The position numbers and the translations under genes were made by a program. A stretch of DNA of 64,000 nucleotides from an uncultured Verrucomicrobiae bacterium (GTDB lineage Bacteria > Verrucomicrobiota > Verrucomicrobiia > Limisphaerales > Palsa-1400), in the NCBI GenBank assembly GCA_963702845.1, contig OY969763.1, positions 2,976,001 to 3,040,000 of the forward strand, given 5' to 3'. The notes below the pieces were generated by a model. It worked only from the letters and a program-made list of their open reading frames with translations, had not been told where the DNA came from and ran no database searches. Shown in pieces: positions 21,410 through 31,663 of this stretch (the first letter of the stretch is position 1; every line of letters starts with the position of its first letter).

Positions 21410-22375
21410 ATGATAGTTAGAGACCGAGTTATACTAATAACCAGAGTAACAATTTGTCTCGTTGCTGGTGTAATAAGCGCTCGCGCTTGGACGGATGAAG
21501 GACACCAGGCCGTTGGCGCGATTGGTGATTCGTTGATTCAAGGACACGTTGCGCAAAAGCACGTCCGGGAACTTCTCGGCACGGAAACGATGAGCACTGC
21601 TTCGACCTGGGCGGACCAGGCGAAGGGTTGGGGCGAGCAAACGGATGAGATGGAGCAGTTCCGAAACGCAAACCCGCATAACAGCCAATATCACTATACC
21701 GACATTCCATTTCAGGAATCGGCTTATAGCGAGAAGTCGGTCGGTGCGACAAACGTGGACGTGGTCCACGCCATTAATGCGTGCGTGCTGATTCTCCAAG
21801 GTAAGCCGGAGCAACAGAAGCTTTTCAACAACGTCAGCCCAAAAATCGCGCTGCGTTTATTGGTGCATTATGTCGGCGACATCCATCAACCATTGCATGT
21901 GGGTGCGGGTTATTTGAACGACAAAACGTGGGTCGATCCGAACAACTTCAAAGGTGCTCATGAAGACGACCAGGGCGGTAACCGGCTCATGTTGCACGGC
22001 GAAAAGCTGCATTTGTTTTGGGACATGGACGCGGTCAAAACCGCGATGACGAATGCACATGCAAGCACGCCACAGGAATACGGTGCTGCTCTACTCAAAC
22101 GACCGGCCCCAAAGTGGCAGACCAAAGGTGGCTTGCAGCAAGCGTCCGTCCAGTGGGCGACGCAGAGTCTTATAGCTTCAAAACCGGTACACGACTTGAA
22201 GGTGCTCAGTCATAAAGAAGTTAATGACCGCCGCGGCGCACATGGCGAATGGACAGTTGAACCGAAGCGTCCCGATTATACGCAGTTTGCTGCGAAGATG
22301 GTCGATCAACAGATTCTTCTCGGTGGCTATCGTTTGGCTTACGTTTTGGAAACGATTTGGCCGGATAAGAAATAG
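21410..22375 (+). CDS. Secreted S1/P1 nuclease
   Basis: Signal peptide then W...GH, WAD, HYTD, HYVGDIHQPLH, GGN, LH.FWD zinc ligands. Confidence 0.9.
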   Translation: MIVRDRVILITRVTICLVAGVISARAWTDEGHQAVGAIGDSLIQGHVAQKHVRELLGTETMSTASTWADQAKGWGEQTDEMEQFRNANPHNSQYHYTDIPFQESAYSEKSVGATNVDVVHAINACVLILQGKPEQQKLFNNVSPKIALRLLVHYVGDIHQPLHVGAGYLNDKTWVDPNNFKGAHEDDQGGNRLMLHGEKLHLFWDMDAVKTAMTNAHASTPQEYGAALLKRPAPKWQTKGGLQQASVQWATQSLIASKPVHDLKVLSHKEVNDRRGAHGEWTVEPKRPDYTQFAAKMVDQQILLGGYRLAYVLETIWPDKK

Positions 22376-22447
22376 CACCCCGCTGAGCGGCTACTAATTC
22401 CGCAGAATTGCGAAACTGTCGAGACGAATTTCCTCTTGGATTTCTGA

Positions 22448-23749
22448 TTAAGCACTTCGATGCAGAGTCGGAATATCGAACACTACCTTCTCGTCGTGCA
22501 ACGCCCCATCGGCCGATAACGATTCTCCTGACCAGAGCCGTTGTTGAGTCCATTTCGTTGGTGGATCGCTCCAGAATTTATTCGCGGGAGATAAGCCAAG
22601 CGCAAGCAGTCCGACACTGCACAAATACAAGCTACCAGTTGAAATATACGCCTCGCCGAGTGCAGGTTGATGACCGCAAAAACCAACACGCAACCAGCCG
22701 TTTTCGTCGAAGGTGTGCGGGGCTTCGATCATACGACGGATAATTGCCGTCAACGCGCAGCGGACTTGCGCGGGTGAAACGCCGTCGGGCAACGTTTCCA
22801 TGAGCGCCATTTGGGCGAGACATTGGTATGCGCCAAATCGGTAGGTTGTGGAACGACCCAGTGACGGAAACGTGCCATCGGGTGCAATGAGGCGTTCCTG
22901 AACTTGCGCGAAGCGACGGGCACGGCCAAGCACGGCGTTGAAGGCCGGTTCGTAACGTGAATCATGATGGCGAAGCAGGTTCAGAATATCCACTAGCGCA
23001 GGCTGAATGACGAAGCTGTTGTAGTAATCGAACCGGAAATATTCACCATCGCTGTAAGCGCCATCACCGCGATACCAGGTGAGCATTTCGCGAAGGTAAT
23101 TTTCGAGGCGCGATTCCAAGGTCGGTTGTCCGACTTTGAACAATGCGGCTTCGACAAGCGCCGAGAAAAGAATGTGGTTATTCGGCCCGGGCACGCGGAC
23201 GCGGCTGGCTTTCAACGCGGCAATCACCTGCCCTTTCACGCGCGGGTCGAGAGGTTCCCAAAGCGTCTTCGGCGCACGCAGAAACGCTTGCGACAAAAAA
23301 GCAGTGTCGACCAGAGGTTGACCGCCGTCGGTGAAATTCATGAAGTCGGGCGACTTTGGATCTGTGGCGGCATCTATTCCGACGCGCGCCAACTCAGCGA
23401 ACTTCTGCTGCAACGCCAATTCCGGGCCGGTGAGCTTGGGGAGTTCCAGCCACGGGGCGATTCCGAAAAGAAGGCGTCCTAAGGCCTCCAGATGTGTGCA
23501 GTGACTGGCGCGAGCGATCGAGCCATTGCCCTCTATCGGCATTTTGGCTTTGAGTTCGTGCCGGGCAAGATTCACGAGAATCGGGGTGCCGAGTTTTTCG
23601 ACTACTTTAAGCCAGTATTTGCGATCGTTGCTCGAATCAGATTTACTGAATTCAAACTGCCGGCCCGCCGTAGCTGCTGCTTGAGATGCAGGTAAAGCTG
23701 CGACGGTTGTAACCGCAATCGTTTTCAGGAATTGGCGTCGATCAGTCAT
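22448..23749 (-). CDS. Tat-exported DUF2264-family protein
   Basis: RRQFLK Tat motif; THLEALGR..GIAPWLE, QPLVD.AF, Y.GDG.Y.DG, GRS.TYR. Confidence 0.8.
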   Translation of the reverse strand: MTDRRQFLKTIAVTTVAALPASQAAATAGRQFEFSKSDSSNDRKYWLKVVEKLGTPILVNLARHELKAKMPIEGNGSIARASHCTHLEALGRLLFGIAPWLELPKLTGPELALQQKFAELARVGIDAATDPKSPDFMNFTDGGQPLVDTAFLSQAFLRAPKTLWEPLDPRVKGQVIAALKASRVRVPGPNNHILFSALVEAALFKVGQPTLESRLENYLREMLTWYRGDGAYSDGEYFRFDYYNSFVIQPALVDILNLLRHHDSRYEPAFNAVLGRARRFAQVQERLIAPDGTFPSLGRSTTYRFGAYQCLAQMALMETLPDGVSPAQVRCALTAIIRRMIEAPHTFDENGWLRVGFCGHQPALGEAYISTGSLYLCSVGLLALGLSPANKFWSDPPTKWTQQRLWSGESLSADGALHDEKVVFDIPTLHRSA

Positions 23750-23768
23750 ACAAGTTGGACTTCAAGTC

Positions 23769-26700
23769 TCATTTGGCGAGGACGATTTCACGTTCCACTA
23801 AATTATCACCATTTATCGCAAGTGAAGGTTTGATCGCCGCGAGTTTTTCGTAAAACGCGTAACGGTCCTTGATCGCGGCTTGCGCGTGCATCAGCAGTTG
23901 TTTCGCTGTCTTCGGGTCTTTCGAGGAAAGGACCTGGAAGCGGGTTTCCGCAGCCCAGAATTTTTCCAGCGGCGATTTCGGAGCAGGCGAGTCGAGCTTC
24001 AATGCAGGTTCACCGGCTGCAGCCCGGCGTGGGTCAAACCGATACAACGGCCAATAACCGGTGTCGACCGCGAGTTTCTGTTGATCAAGGCTGTGACCTA
24101 AACCGTAGCCGTGCGCGATGCATGGACTGTAAGCAATGATGAGCGAGGTGCCGCGATGTGATTCGGCTTCTTCGAAGGCTTTGATGGCCTGATTGTCTTT
24201 CGCGCCCATCGCAATCTGCGCGACGTAAGCCGAGCCGTAAGTCATGGCGATTAGACCGAGGTCTTTCTTACTTTGACGTTTGCCGCCCGCGGCGAATTTT
24301 GCAGCTGCACCAATAGGTGTCGACTTCGAGCTTTGGCCACCGGTGTTGGAGTAAACTTCCGTGTCGAGCACGAGAATGTTCACGTCGATGTTCGAAGCGA
24401 TCACGTGATCAAGGCCGCCAAACCCAATGTCGTAGGCCCAACCGTCACCACCAAGAATCCAAACGGATTTGCGGACCAACAAGTCGGCCAAGGCGTAGAG
24501 ACGTGAGGCATCAAGCGAGCTGTCGTTTTGCAAGCGTTGCTTCAACTCACCGATGCGAGCGCGTTGTTGCGCGATTTCGGCTTCGTTCGCTTGCGTCGCG
24601 TTCAAGAGTTCATCAATGAATGAATCGCCAAATTTCGGAGCAAAGCCCTTGAGGAGCAGGCGCGCGAGGTCCGTTTGTTTATCAACGCCGATGCGTTGTC
24701 CGAGGCCATACTCAGCGTTGTCTTCGAACAGGGAGTTGGACCAGGCGGGACCGCGGCCTTCGCAGTTCGTGGTGTAAGGCGTGGTCGGGAGATTGCCGCC
24801 ATAAATGGACGAGCAGCCAGTCGCGTTTGCGATGATCAAGCGGTCACCGTACATTTGCGTAAGCAATTTTACATATGGGGTTTCGCCGCAACCTGAGCAC
24901 GCACCGGAGAACTCGAACAGAGGCTCCATGAATTGAGTCGATTTAACTTCGCCGACGAGCGACGTGCGCGGCGGGTTCGGCAGTTCGAGGAAGAACTTAA
25001 AGTTTTTGCTCTCCTGCTCGCACAGCGGCGCCATAGGCACCATGTTCAACGCTTTCTTTTTCGGATCGGCTTTCGATTTGACCGGGCAAATTTCGAAACA
25101 CAACGTGCAACCGGTGCAATCTTCGGGTGCGACTTGTAATGAATATTTCGAACCTTTGTGTTCGTTTGAACGGAAGTCGACGGCTTTAAAAGTTGCGGGC
25201 GCTTCGCTGAGATGCGCTGGGTTATACCATTTTGCGCGACTGGCGGCATGGGGACAGATGAGCACGCACTTGTTGCATTGGATGCAAATCGAGGGATCCC
25301 ATTCCGGAATATCCAGAGCGATGGTGCGCTTCTCCCATTTTGTCGTGCCGGACGGCCAACTGCCATCTGGAGTGAATACGCTGACCGGCAATTGATCGCC
25401 CTTATTAGCGAGCATCATGCCGGTGATGCGTTGGACGAAGTCCGGCGCTTCGGGGGCGACCGTCGCGAGCTTGTGATGCGTGGCGGTTGGTGTAGCGGGA
25501 ATCTGCACCTGATGCAAACCGGCTAGCGTTTGGTCAACGGCCGCAAAGTTCTTTTCCACGACTGCGTCGCCCTTTTTCGCATAGGTTTTGCGAATGGCCT
25601 TTTTAATTTGCTCGATGGCTTCTTCGCGAGGCAACACGCCGGAGATGGCGAAGAAACAGGTCTGCATGATCGTATTAATGCGCCCGCCTATTCCGGCCTG
25701 GCGCGCGACTTTGTAGGCGTCGATCGTGAAGACTTTCAGCTTCTTTGCGATGATCTGTTCCTGCACCTCACGAGGGAACCGATCCCAGATTCTGTCCGGA
25801 GCAAACGTTGAGTTCACCAGGAACACGCCATTTTGATCGGCGCATTCAAGGACATCGTAGCGATCGAGAAACTGCCATTGGTGGCAGGCGACGAAATTGG
25901 CGTGGCGGATGAGGTAAGGAGCATTAATCTCGCGCGGACCAAACCGCAAATGTGAGATCGTGACCGCGCCGGATTTCTTGGAGTCGTAAACGAAATAACC
26001 TTGGGCGAAGTTGTCGGTTTCGCCGCCGATGATCTTGATCGAGTTTTTGTTGGCGCCGACCGTCCCGTCCGCACCAAGTCCGAAGAAAATAGCCCGGACC
26101 GTGTCTGGCGATTCAATATCGAAATCCGCTTCATAGGATAGCGAAAGGCGCGTGACGTCGTCGTTGATCCCAATGGTGAAATGGTTTTTCGGTTTACATT
26201 TCTTGAGTTCGTCAAAGACGGCTTTCGCCATCGCAGGAGTAAATTCCTTCGAAGACAATCCATAGCGACCGCCCACGACTTGAACGGTAACGTCAAACGA
26301 AGCAAGGCCTTCGTCGCTTCCCTCTTGCAGCGCCGTGACAACGTCCTGGTAAAGCGGTTCGCCGACAGCGCCCGGTTCTTTCGTGCGGTCGAGCACAGCG
26401 ATTTTGCGAGTGGTGGCGGGAAGAGCGGCAATGAAATTTTCAATCGAAAACGGCCGGAAGAGGCGCACTTTCAAGACGCCGACTTTTTCACCGTGCTCGT
26501 TCAACCATTTGACCGTTTCAGCAACCGTTTCGCCACCCGAACCCATAACGATGACAACCCGTTCCGCTTGAGGATGGCCGGCGTAATCGAACAACCGATA
26601 CTGTCGTCCAGAGAGGCTCGCAAATAGATCCATCTGCTCCTGCACAATGTTTGGCGTGCGATCGTAGAAGCGGTTTGCCGCTTCGCGCGCCTGGAAGAAG

Positions 26701-27389
26701 ACATCGGGATTTTGCGCGGTGCCACGGATCGATGGGCGATCCGGCGACAAACCGTTCATGCGGAATGCTTGCACCAACTCGTGCGGAATCATCTGACGCA
26801 ACTCTTCATCGCCGAGCAGTTTGATTTTACCAAGTTCGTGCGAAGTGCGGAACCCGTCAAAAAAGTGAACGAAAGGAATTCGCGAGTGCAGCGTGGAAGC
26901 GTGCGATATCGCGGCGAGATCTTGTGCTTCCTGAACCGAAGCTGACGACAGCATCCCCCAGCCGGTTTGACGGCATGCCATGACGTCGGAGTGATCGCCG
27001 AAAATTGAAAGAGCATGTGTCGCGATCGTGCGAGCCGTTACGTGCATGCAGCACGGAAGCAGTTCACCGGCGATCTTATACATGTTCGGAATCATCAGCA
27101 GCAGACCTTGCGAGGCGGTGAACGTCGTGCTGAATGAACCGACCTGGAGCATGCCGTGCAAAGCCCCGGCAGCACCGGCTTCCGATTGCATTTCCACGAC
27201 GTGCGGCACCGTCCCGAAAAGATTCTTGCGCCCTTCCGATGACCATTCGTCGCAGGATTCAGCCATCGGCGAAGATGGTGTAATCGGATAAATTGCAATC
27301 GTCTCGGTCACACGATAGGCCACGGAAGCTGCCGCCTCATTCGCATCGACGGTTGCAAAAATAGTTTCGGGTTCAGTGGTTGTTTTCAT
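23769..27389 (-). CDS. nifJ: Pyruvate:ferredoxin/flavodoxin oxidoreductase (single-chain)
   Basis: YPITPSS, EMQSE, two 4Fe-4S motifs (CIQCNKC...CP, CTGCTLC...CP), ACSGCGE, GGDGWAYDIG. Confidence 0.95.
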   Translation of the reverse strand: MKTTTEPETIFATVDANEAAASVAYRVTETIAIYPITPSSPMAESCDEWSSEGRKNLFGTVPHVVEMQSEAGAAGALHGMLQVGSFSTTFTASQGLLLMIPNMYKIAGELLPCCMHVTARTIATHALSIFGDHSDVMACRQTGWGMLSSASVQEAQDLAAISHASTLHSRIPFVHFFDGFRTSHELGKIKLLGDEELRQMIPHELVQAFRMNGLSPDRPSIRGTAQNPDVFFQAREAANRFYDRTPNIVQEQMDLFASLSGRQYRLFDYAGHPQAERVVIVMGSGGETVAETVKWLNEHGEKVGVLKVRLFRPFSIENFIAALPATTRKIAVLDRTKEPGAVGEPLYQDVVTALQEGSDEGLASFDVTVQVVGGRYGLSSKEFTPAMAKAVFDELKKCKPKNHFTIGINDDVTRLSLSYEADFDIESPDTVRAIFFGLGADGTVGANKNSIKIIGGETDNFAQGYFVYDSKKSGAVTISHLRFGPREINAPYLIRHANFVACHQWQFLDRYDVLECADQNGVFLVNSTFAPDRIWDRFPREVQEQIIAKKLKVFTIDAYKVARQAGIGGRINTIMQTCFFAISGVLPREEAIEQIKKAIRKTYAKKGDAVVEKNFAAVDQTLAGLHQVQIPATPTATHHKLATVAPEAPDFVQRITGMMLANKGDQLPVSVFTPDGSWPSGTTKWEKRTIALDIPEWDPSICIQCNKCVLICPHAASRAKWYNPAHLSEAPATFKAVDFRSNEHKGSKYSLQVAPEDCTGCTLCFEICPVKSKADPKKKALNMVPMAPLCEQESKNFKFFLELPNPPRTSLVGEVKSTQFMEPLFEFSGACSGCGETPYVKLLTQMYGDRLIIANATGCSSIYGGNLPTTPYTTNCEGRGPAWSNSLFEDNAEYGLGQRIGVDKQTDLARLLLKGFAPKFGDSFIDELLNATQANEAEIAQQRARIGELKQRLQNDSSLDASRLYALADLLVRKSVWILGGDGWAYDIGFGGLDHVIASNIDVNILVLDTEVYSNTGGQSSKSTPIGAAAKFAAGGKRQSKKDLGLIAMTYGSAYVAQIAMGAKDNQAIKAFEEAESHRGTSLIIAYSPCIAHGYGLGHSLDQQKLAVDTGYWPLYRFDPRRAAAGEPALKLDSPAPKSPLEKFWAAETRFQVLSSKDPKTAKQLLMHAQAAIKDRYAFYEKLAAIKPSLAINGDNLVEREIVLAK

Positions 27390-28861
27390 AGACGAGAGGC
27401 AATCAAGCTCAATCCCGAGCCAAGGTTGTTAAGGAGTAATCCGGGGACGCAGCCCAAAAGGACCACAACAATCGCCAGCGTGACGACGGCAAAAGTTGCA
27501 GGGGCGTTAACCTGCAACGGTTTGACGCCAGGCTTCGCGGGGATAACGTAAATCTGTTTGAGAACTTGAAGATAATAATAGAGCGAGATCGCGCTGGTTG
27601 CCGCACCGAGCACCACAAGCCACAGCGGACGTAAGTGTTCAGGGCCAGAAAGCGCGGCGGTAAACACGTAAAATTTTCCAAAGAAGCCGGAGAGCGGCGG
27701 TATTCCGGCAAGCGACAGCAGAAAAATTAACATGCACATGGAGAGCACTGGCGCACGGCGACTCAATCCAGCAAAGGCGCTCAAGTTATCGCGGTTCCCG
27801 TCATTCTCGACCAACGAAACGATGCCGAACGCGCCGAGGACCGTGAGGGAATACGTGATGACGAAAAACAAAAGCGCGCTGATCGCGCGCGATTCACCGG
27901 ACCAGAATGCGAGCAACGCGTAGCCGGCGTTAGCGATAGCCGAATAGGCGAGCAATCGTTTGACACGGGTTTGCGCGATCGCGGCGATGCTTCCCAGCAC
28001 CATGGAAAGCGCAGCGAGAACGGCGAGGACTTGTGTCCATCCCGCTGCACCGTCAATGCCACGTTGAGGAGCGAGACCAACGAGCAACACGCGAGCAAGG
28101 ACGAAGAAGCTGGCGACTTTTGAGGCTGACGCTATGAACGAGGCAATGGGTGTCGGTGCAGCCTCATACACATCGGGAGCCCAAAGGTGAAATGGCGCGG
28201 CTGCGATTTTGAAAGCAAAACCCGTGATCGTCAGAACGAGCGCGAGATAGTGCAGCGGTTCAAGCGCGTGTGCTTGAAGTGATGTAGAAACGACGTCCAG
28301 ATCAAGGCTGCCGGTCAAACCATACAGCAAACTGATGCCGTATAACATGAAAGCGGCGGCAGTGCCGCCGAACAGAAAATATTTTAATCCGGCTTCCGCC
28401 GAGGCCGCGCTCGACTTGTTCAGCGCAGTCATCGCATAAAGCGAAAGACTTACCAATTCAATCGCCACAAAGATCATCAGCAGGTTGTTCGAGCTTATAA
28501 GCAGCATCAACCCCGTAGCAGCCAGGAGCAGCAGCGCGTGATATTCGCCAACGTGCCTGGTAAACTTGGCATCGCATGAAATCAACGCAGTGAAGATGGT
28601 CAGTCCAAGCAGCACGATTTTGAGCAACGGCCCAACCGAAGGTAAGTCGACCATGGCAAACGATTTGGCGGTTCCACCTTTGGCGGCACAAACGATTCCG
28701 ATCAAGCAACCAACTATGGTCAATGCAGAGATAATTCGCGACCGCAGTGCAATTGGCTTTTGTCGAAGAATCGAGACATCGACGAACAGCACCGCTAACG
28801 CGGAAATCGCGATGACAATTTCAGGCAGTAGTAAGGTGAACAAATTTGCCGCCCCACTCAT
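27386..28861 (-). CDS. nuoN: NADH-quinone oxidoreductase subunit N (antiporter-like)
   Basis: IELVSL..Y, EAGLKYF, FKIAAAPFHLWAPDVYE, KRLLAYS, SLAGIPP.GF.GK. Confidence 0.9.
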   Translation of the reverse strand: MSGAANLFTLLLPEIVIAISALAVLFVDVSILRQKPIALRSRIISALTIVGCLIGIVCAAKGGTAKSFAMVDLPSVGPLLKIVLLGLTIFTALISCDAKFTRHVGEYHALLLLAATGLMLLISSNNLLMIFVAIELVSLSLYAMTALNKSSAASAEAGLKYFLFGGTAAAFMLYGISLLYGLTGSLDLDVVSTSLQAHALEPLHYLALVLTITGFAFKIAAAPFHLWAPDVYEAAPTPIASFIASASKVASFFVLARVLLVGLAPQRGIDGAAGWTQVLAVLAALSMVLGSIAAIAQTRVKRLLAYSAIANAGYALLAFWSGESRAISALLFFVITYSLTVLGAFGIVSLVENDGNRDNLSAFAGLSRRAPVLSMCMLIFLLSLAGIPPLSGFFGKFYVFTAALSGPEHLRPLWLVVLGAATSAISLYYYLQVLKQIYVIPAKPGVKPLQVNAPATFAVVTLAIVVVLLGCVPGLLLNNLGSGLSLIASRL

Positions 28862-30357
28862 ACGCCGCCTTTCCACATGCGCTCAAAGAGCGGCGAGTTG
28901 AACGTTGGGGTAATAAGATCGAGTAACACACGGGGATAAAGGCCAACGAAAATCGTGCAGGTCAAAAGAAGCACCGCACCAGCGCGCTCCGGCCAGGAAA
29001 TCGAAATCAGCGCCTCGTGTCGTTCTGCAAGTTTCGTTGCAGATTTCTGACTAGCGCGAGCATCACTGAAGAATCCACGAACCAACGCCCGCAAAGTGTA
29101 AGCCACGCCAATAACAATCCCGAGCGCGGCGATAATTGCCAGCACCGGGAATGTTTTCCATGCGCCGACCAACACTTGTAGTTCAGCGATGAATCCACTG
29201 AACCCAGGTAACCCCATCGAAGCAGCGGTTGCGATTACGAATGTGAACGCGGCGAACGGGAGCGCTTTGCTCAATGAAAAACCTTCCAGCTTACCTAAGT
29301 CGCGCGTGTGCGTGCGTTCGTAAATCATTCGACCGACGACCGCGAATAACAGCCCGGCGATGATCCCATGCGAGAACATTTGCAGCACCGCGCCGCTTAA
29401 ACCAATTTGCGAAAGAGTCATCAGCCCGAGCAAAACAAATCCCATGTGACTGACGCTCGAATAGCCAATGACGAATTTGAAGTCGTTCTGCACCAAAGCG
29501 ACCATCGCGCCATAAACAATTCCAATCACCGCGAGTCCAGCCAGCCAGTGACGCCAATAGTCCAATCCTAGCGGGAACAGCGTCATCGCCACACGCAACG
29601 CGCCGTATGCACCCAGCTTCATAACCACGCCCGCGAGCAACATCGAAGCAGCGGTAGGTGCGGCGACGTGACCGGTCGGCGCCCACGTGTGCAATGGCCA
29701 AATACCGGCGAGAATTGCGAAGCCGAGGAACACCACAAGGAATACCCAAATTTGGAACTGTGCCGGGAACGGGAACTTCGCAAGCTCGACCAGGTTCCAC
29801 GTCGTTCCACCGCTGACGACAAACGCCGCGATCAAACCGACAATCACCATCGTGCTACCGATGAAGGAATAAAGCGCCAACTTCATCGCACCGTATTCCC
29901 GGCGCGTTGAGCCCCAGATTGCGATCAAAAAATATTTTGGGATGATTGCGATTTCGTAGAAGACCAGCAGCAGAAATAGGTCGAAGCTAAGGAACACACC
30001 ATAAACTCCACCGATGAGAACAAAATATAGTGCAAAGAATTCGTTCGAGCGCTGATTGATATTCCATGAGAAGAGAACGCCGGCGACAGACGCAATCGCG
30101 GTTAGCAAAATGAGGGTCAGACTAACGCCATCCGCCGCGAGATGATAATGAATATTCAGTTGTGGGACCCAAACGACGTCGCGTACCACATTAAGCGCGC
30201 CCGGATTAGCAGCGCGCGTTGCGCCAAGAAAAGCGATAACCGCCAAAACCATACCAGCTATAGCGGCTGTCAAAGCAACAGCGCGCACATATCGCGCAGG
30301 AGTGATCATCAGCAGCGCGGCTGCAACAAACGAGAGGTATATAGTCCAATCGAGCAT
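28858..30357 (-). CDS. nuoM: NADH-quinone oxidoreductase subunit M (antiporter-like)
   Basis: FYEI.IIP, PLHTWAP..H..APT..SMLLAGVVMKLG.YG, YSSVSHMG, MGLPG.SGF.AE. Confidence 0.9.
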   Translation of the reverse strand: MLDWTIYLSFVAAALLMITPARYVRAVALTAAIAGMVLAVIAFLGATRAANPGALNVVRDVVWVPQLNIHYHLAADGVSLTLILLTAIASVAGVLFSWNINQRSNEFFALYFVLIGGVYGVFLSFDLFLLLVFYEIAIIPKYFLIAIWGSTRREYGAMKLALYSFIGSTMVIVGLIAAFVVSGGTTWNLVELAKFPFPAQFQIWVFLVVFLGFAILAGIWPLHTWAPTGHVAAPTAASMLLAGVVMKLGAYGALRVAMTLFPLGLDYWRHWLAGLAVIGIVYGAMVALVQNDFKFVIGYSSVSHMGFVLLGLMTLSQIGLSGAVLQMFSHGIIAGLLFAVVGRMIYERTHTRDLGKLEGFSLSKALPFAAFTFVIATAASMGLPGFSGFIAELQVLVGAWKTFPVLAIIAALGIVIGVAYTLRALVRGFFSDARASQKSATKLAERHEALISISWPERAGAVLLLTCTIFVGLYPRVLLDLITPTFNSPLFERMWKGGV

Positions 30358-30464
30358 AAGGCTCGCTATTGAACGTACTGGCGGGGGGATTTAGCGACTC
30401 GACCTTAATTGCCATTTGCTTCGCATATTTTGCACAGTCCGCAAAACTGTTGCGGCTGCAGCAA

Positions 30465-31562
30465 TTATGCCGAAGCAAGTTCGCGTTCCGTTTTCAACCG
30501 CAACTGCCCGCAGGCCGCGTCGATGTCGTGTCCTTTTTCGCGACGGAGTGTTGCGATGACGCGTTTGTTTTCCAATGCGCTGAGAAACGCTTCCTGCGAC
30601 GGTTCGTCAGGCCGCTCCCAGGGAAGATCTTCGACCTTGTTGTAGGGAATCAAATTTACTTTGGCGTGAAGCTTATGAGCGAGTTGCGCGAGCGGTTTGA
30701 TCTGGTCCAAACCGTCATTGACGCCAGCGATCAAAATATATTCCAACGTGATCATCCGGCCTTTTTTATCCTGATAATACTCGCACGCAGCGGTGAGCTC
30801 CTTCAGCGGGTATTTCTTGTTAACCGGCATGATCTTATTTCGCACCTCGTCAGTAGCGCCATGTAACGAGATGGCGAGACGAAATTGCAAAGGATCATCC
30901 GCGAGCTTGCGGATCTGCGGCGCGAGACCGCTTGTCGAAATCGTGATCTTTCGCGCGCCAATTTTTCCGCCCCATGACGCGTTTAAGAGGCCTAACGCAT
31001 TGAGCAAATTATCGTAATTGGCCAGCGGTTCACCCATTCCCATGATAACAAGATTATTGACCATGCGCCCGTCGGCCGCGGCAGATTTCTCGCCGGAAGC
31101 GGCAGCCCAGCGTTCAATCGCGAGCACCTGGTCGACAATCTCCTCAACGTGCAGGTTGCGTTTCCAGCCTTCCAAACCGCTCGCACAAAACTTGCAACCG
31201 TAAGCGCAGCCTACTTGCGTCGAGACACAGAGCGTGTGGCGATCACTGGCCTCGCCGTATAGCGCTGGATTGGCCGGAATAAGCACACTTTCAATCAGCG
31301 CCTGGTCATTCAAGCGCCAGAGAAATTTCTGGGTGGTGTCGCGCGAGCCCTGCTTGCGCACGAGTTCGAGTGAATAGAATGCGTAAGTCTCTGCGAGCTG
31401 TTGCCGAAGCGCTTTGGGCAAGTTGGTCATTGCGTCCCAGGTCGCGACCCGGCGCACATATATCCAATCGAGCAACTGCGAGACGCGATAAGCCGGTTGC
31501 TCCCAGACTTTGAACTGGGCCTGCAACTCTTCTGATGTCATCGAGCGAATGTCGCGCTTCAC
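30465..31562 (-). CDS. rlmN: Dual-specificity RNA methyltransferase RlmN (radical SAM)
   Basis: CVSTQVGCAYGCKFC, MGMGEP, IDAACGQL. Confidence 0.95.
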   Translation of the reverse strand: MKRDIRSMTSEELQAQFKVWEQPAYRVSQLLDWIYVRRVATWDAMTNLPKALRQQLAETYAFYSLELVRKQGSRDTTQKFLWRLNDQALIESVLIPANPALYGEASDRHTLCVSTQVGCAYGCKFCASGLEGWKRNLHVEEIVDQVLAIERWAAASGEKSAAADGRMVNNLVIMGMGEPLANYDNLLNALGLLNASWGGKIGARKITISTSGLAPQIRKLADDPLQFRLAISLHGATDEVRNKIMPVNKKYPLKELTAACEYYQDKKGRMITLEYILIAGVNDGLDQIKPLAQLAHKLHAKVNLIPYNKVEDLPWERPDEPSQEAFLSALENKRVIATLRREKGHDIDAACGQLRLKTERELASA

Positions 31563-31663
31563 GAATTCAATTTAAGGCGCGAACGACCGAAAGGGAACTA
31601 CGAACGACGCCCAAATAGCCTTTACTTCACCTGCCAAATTCAAAGAATACTCTGCTACGCTAA

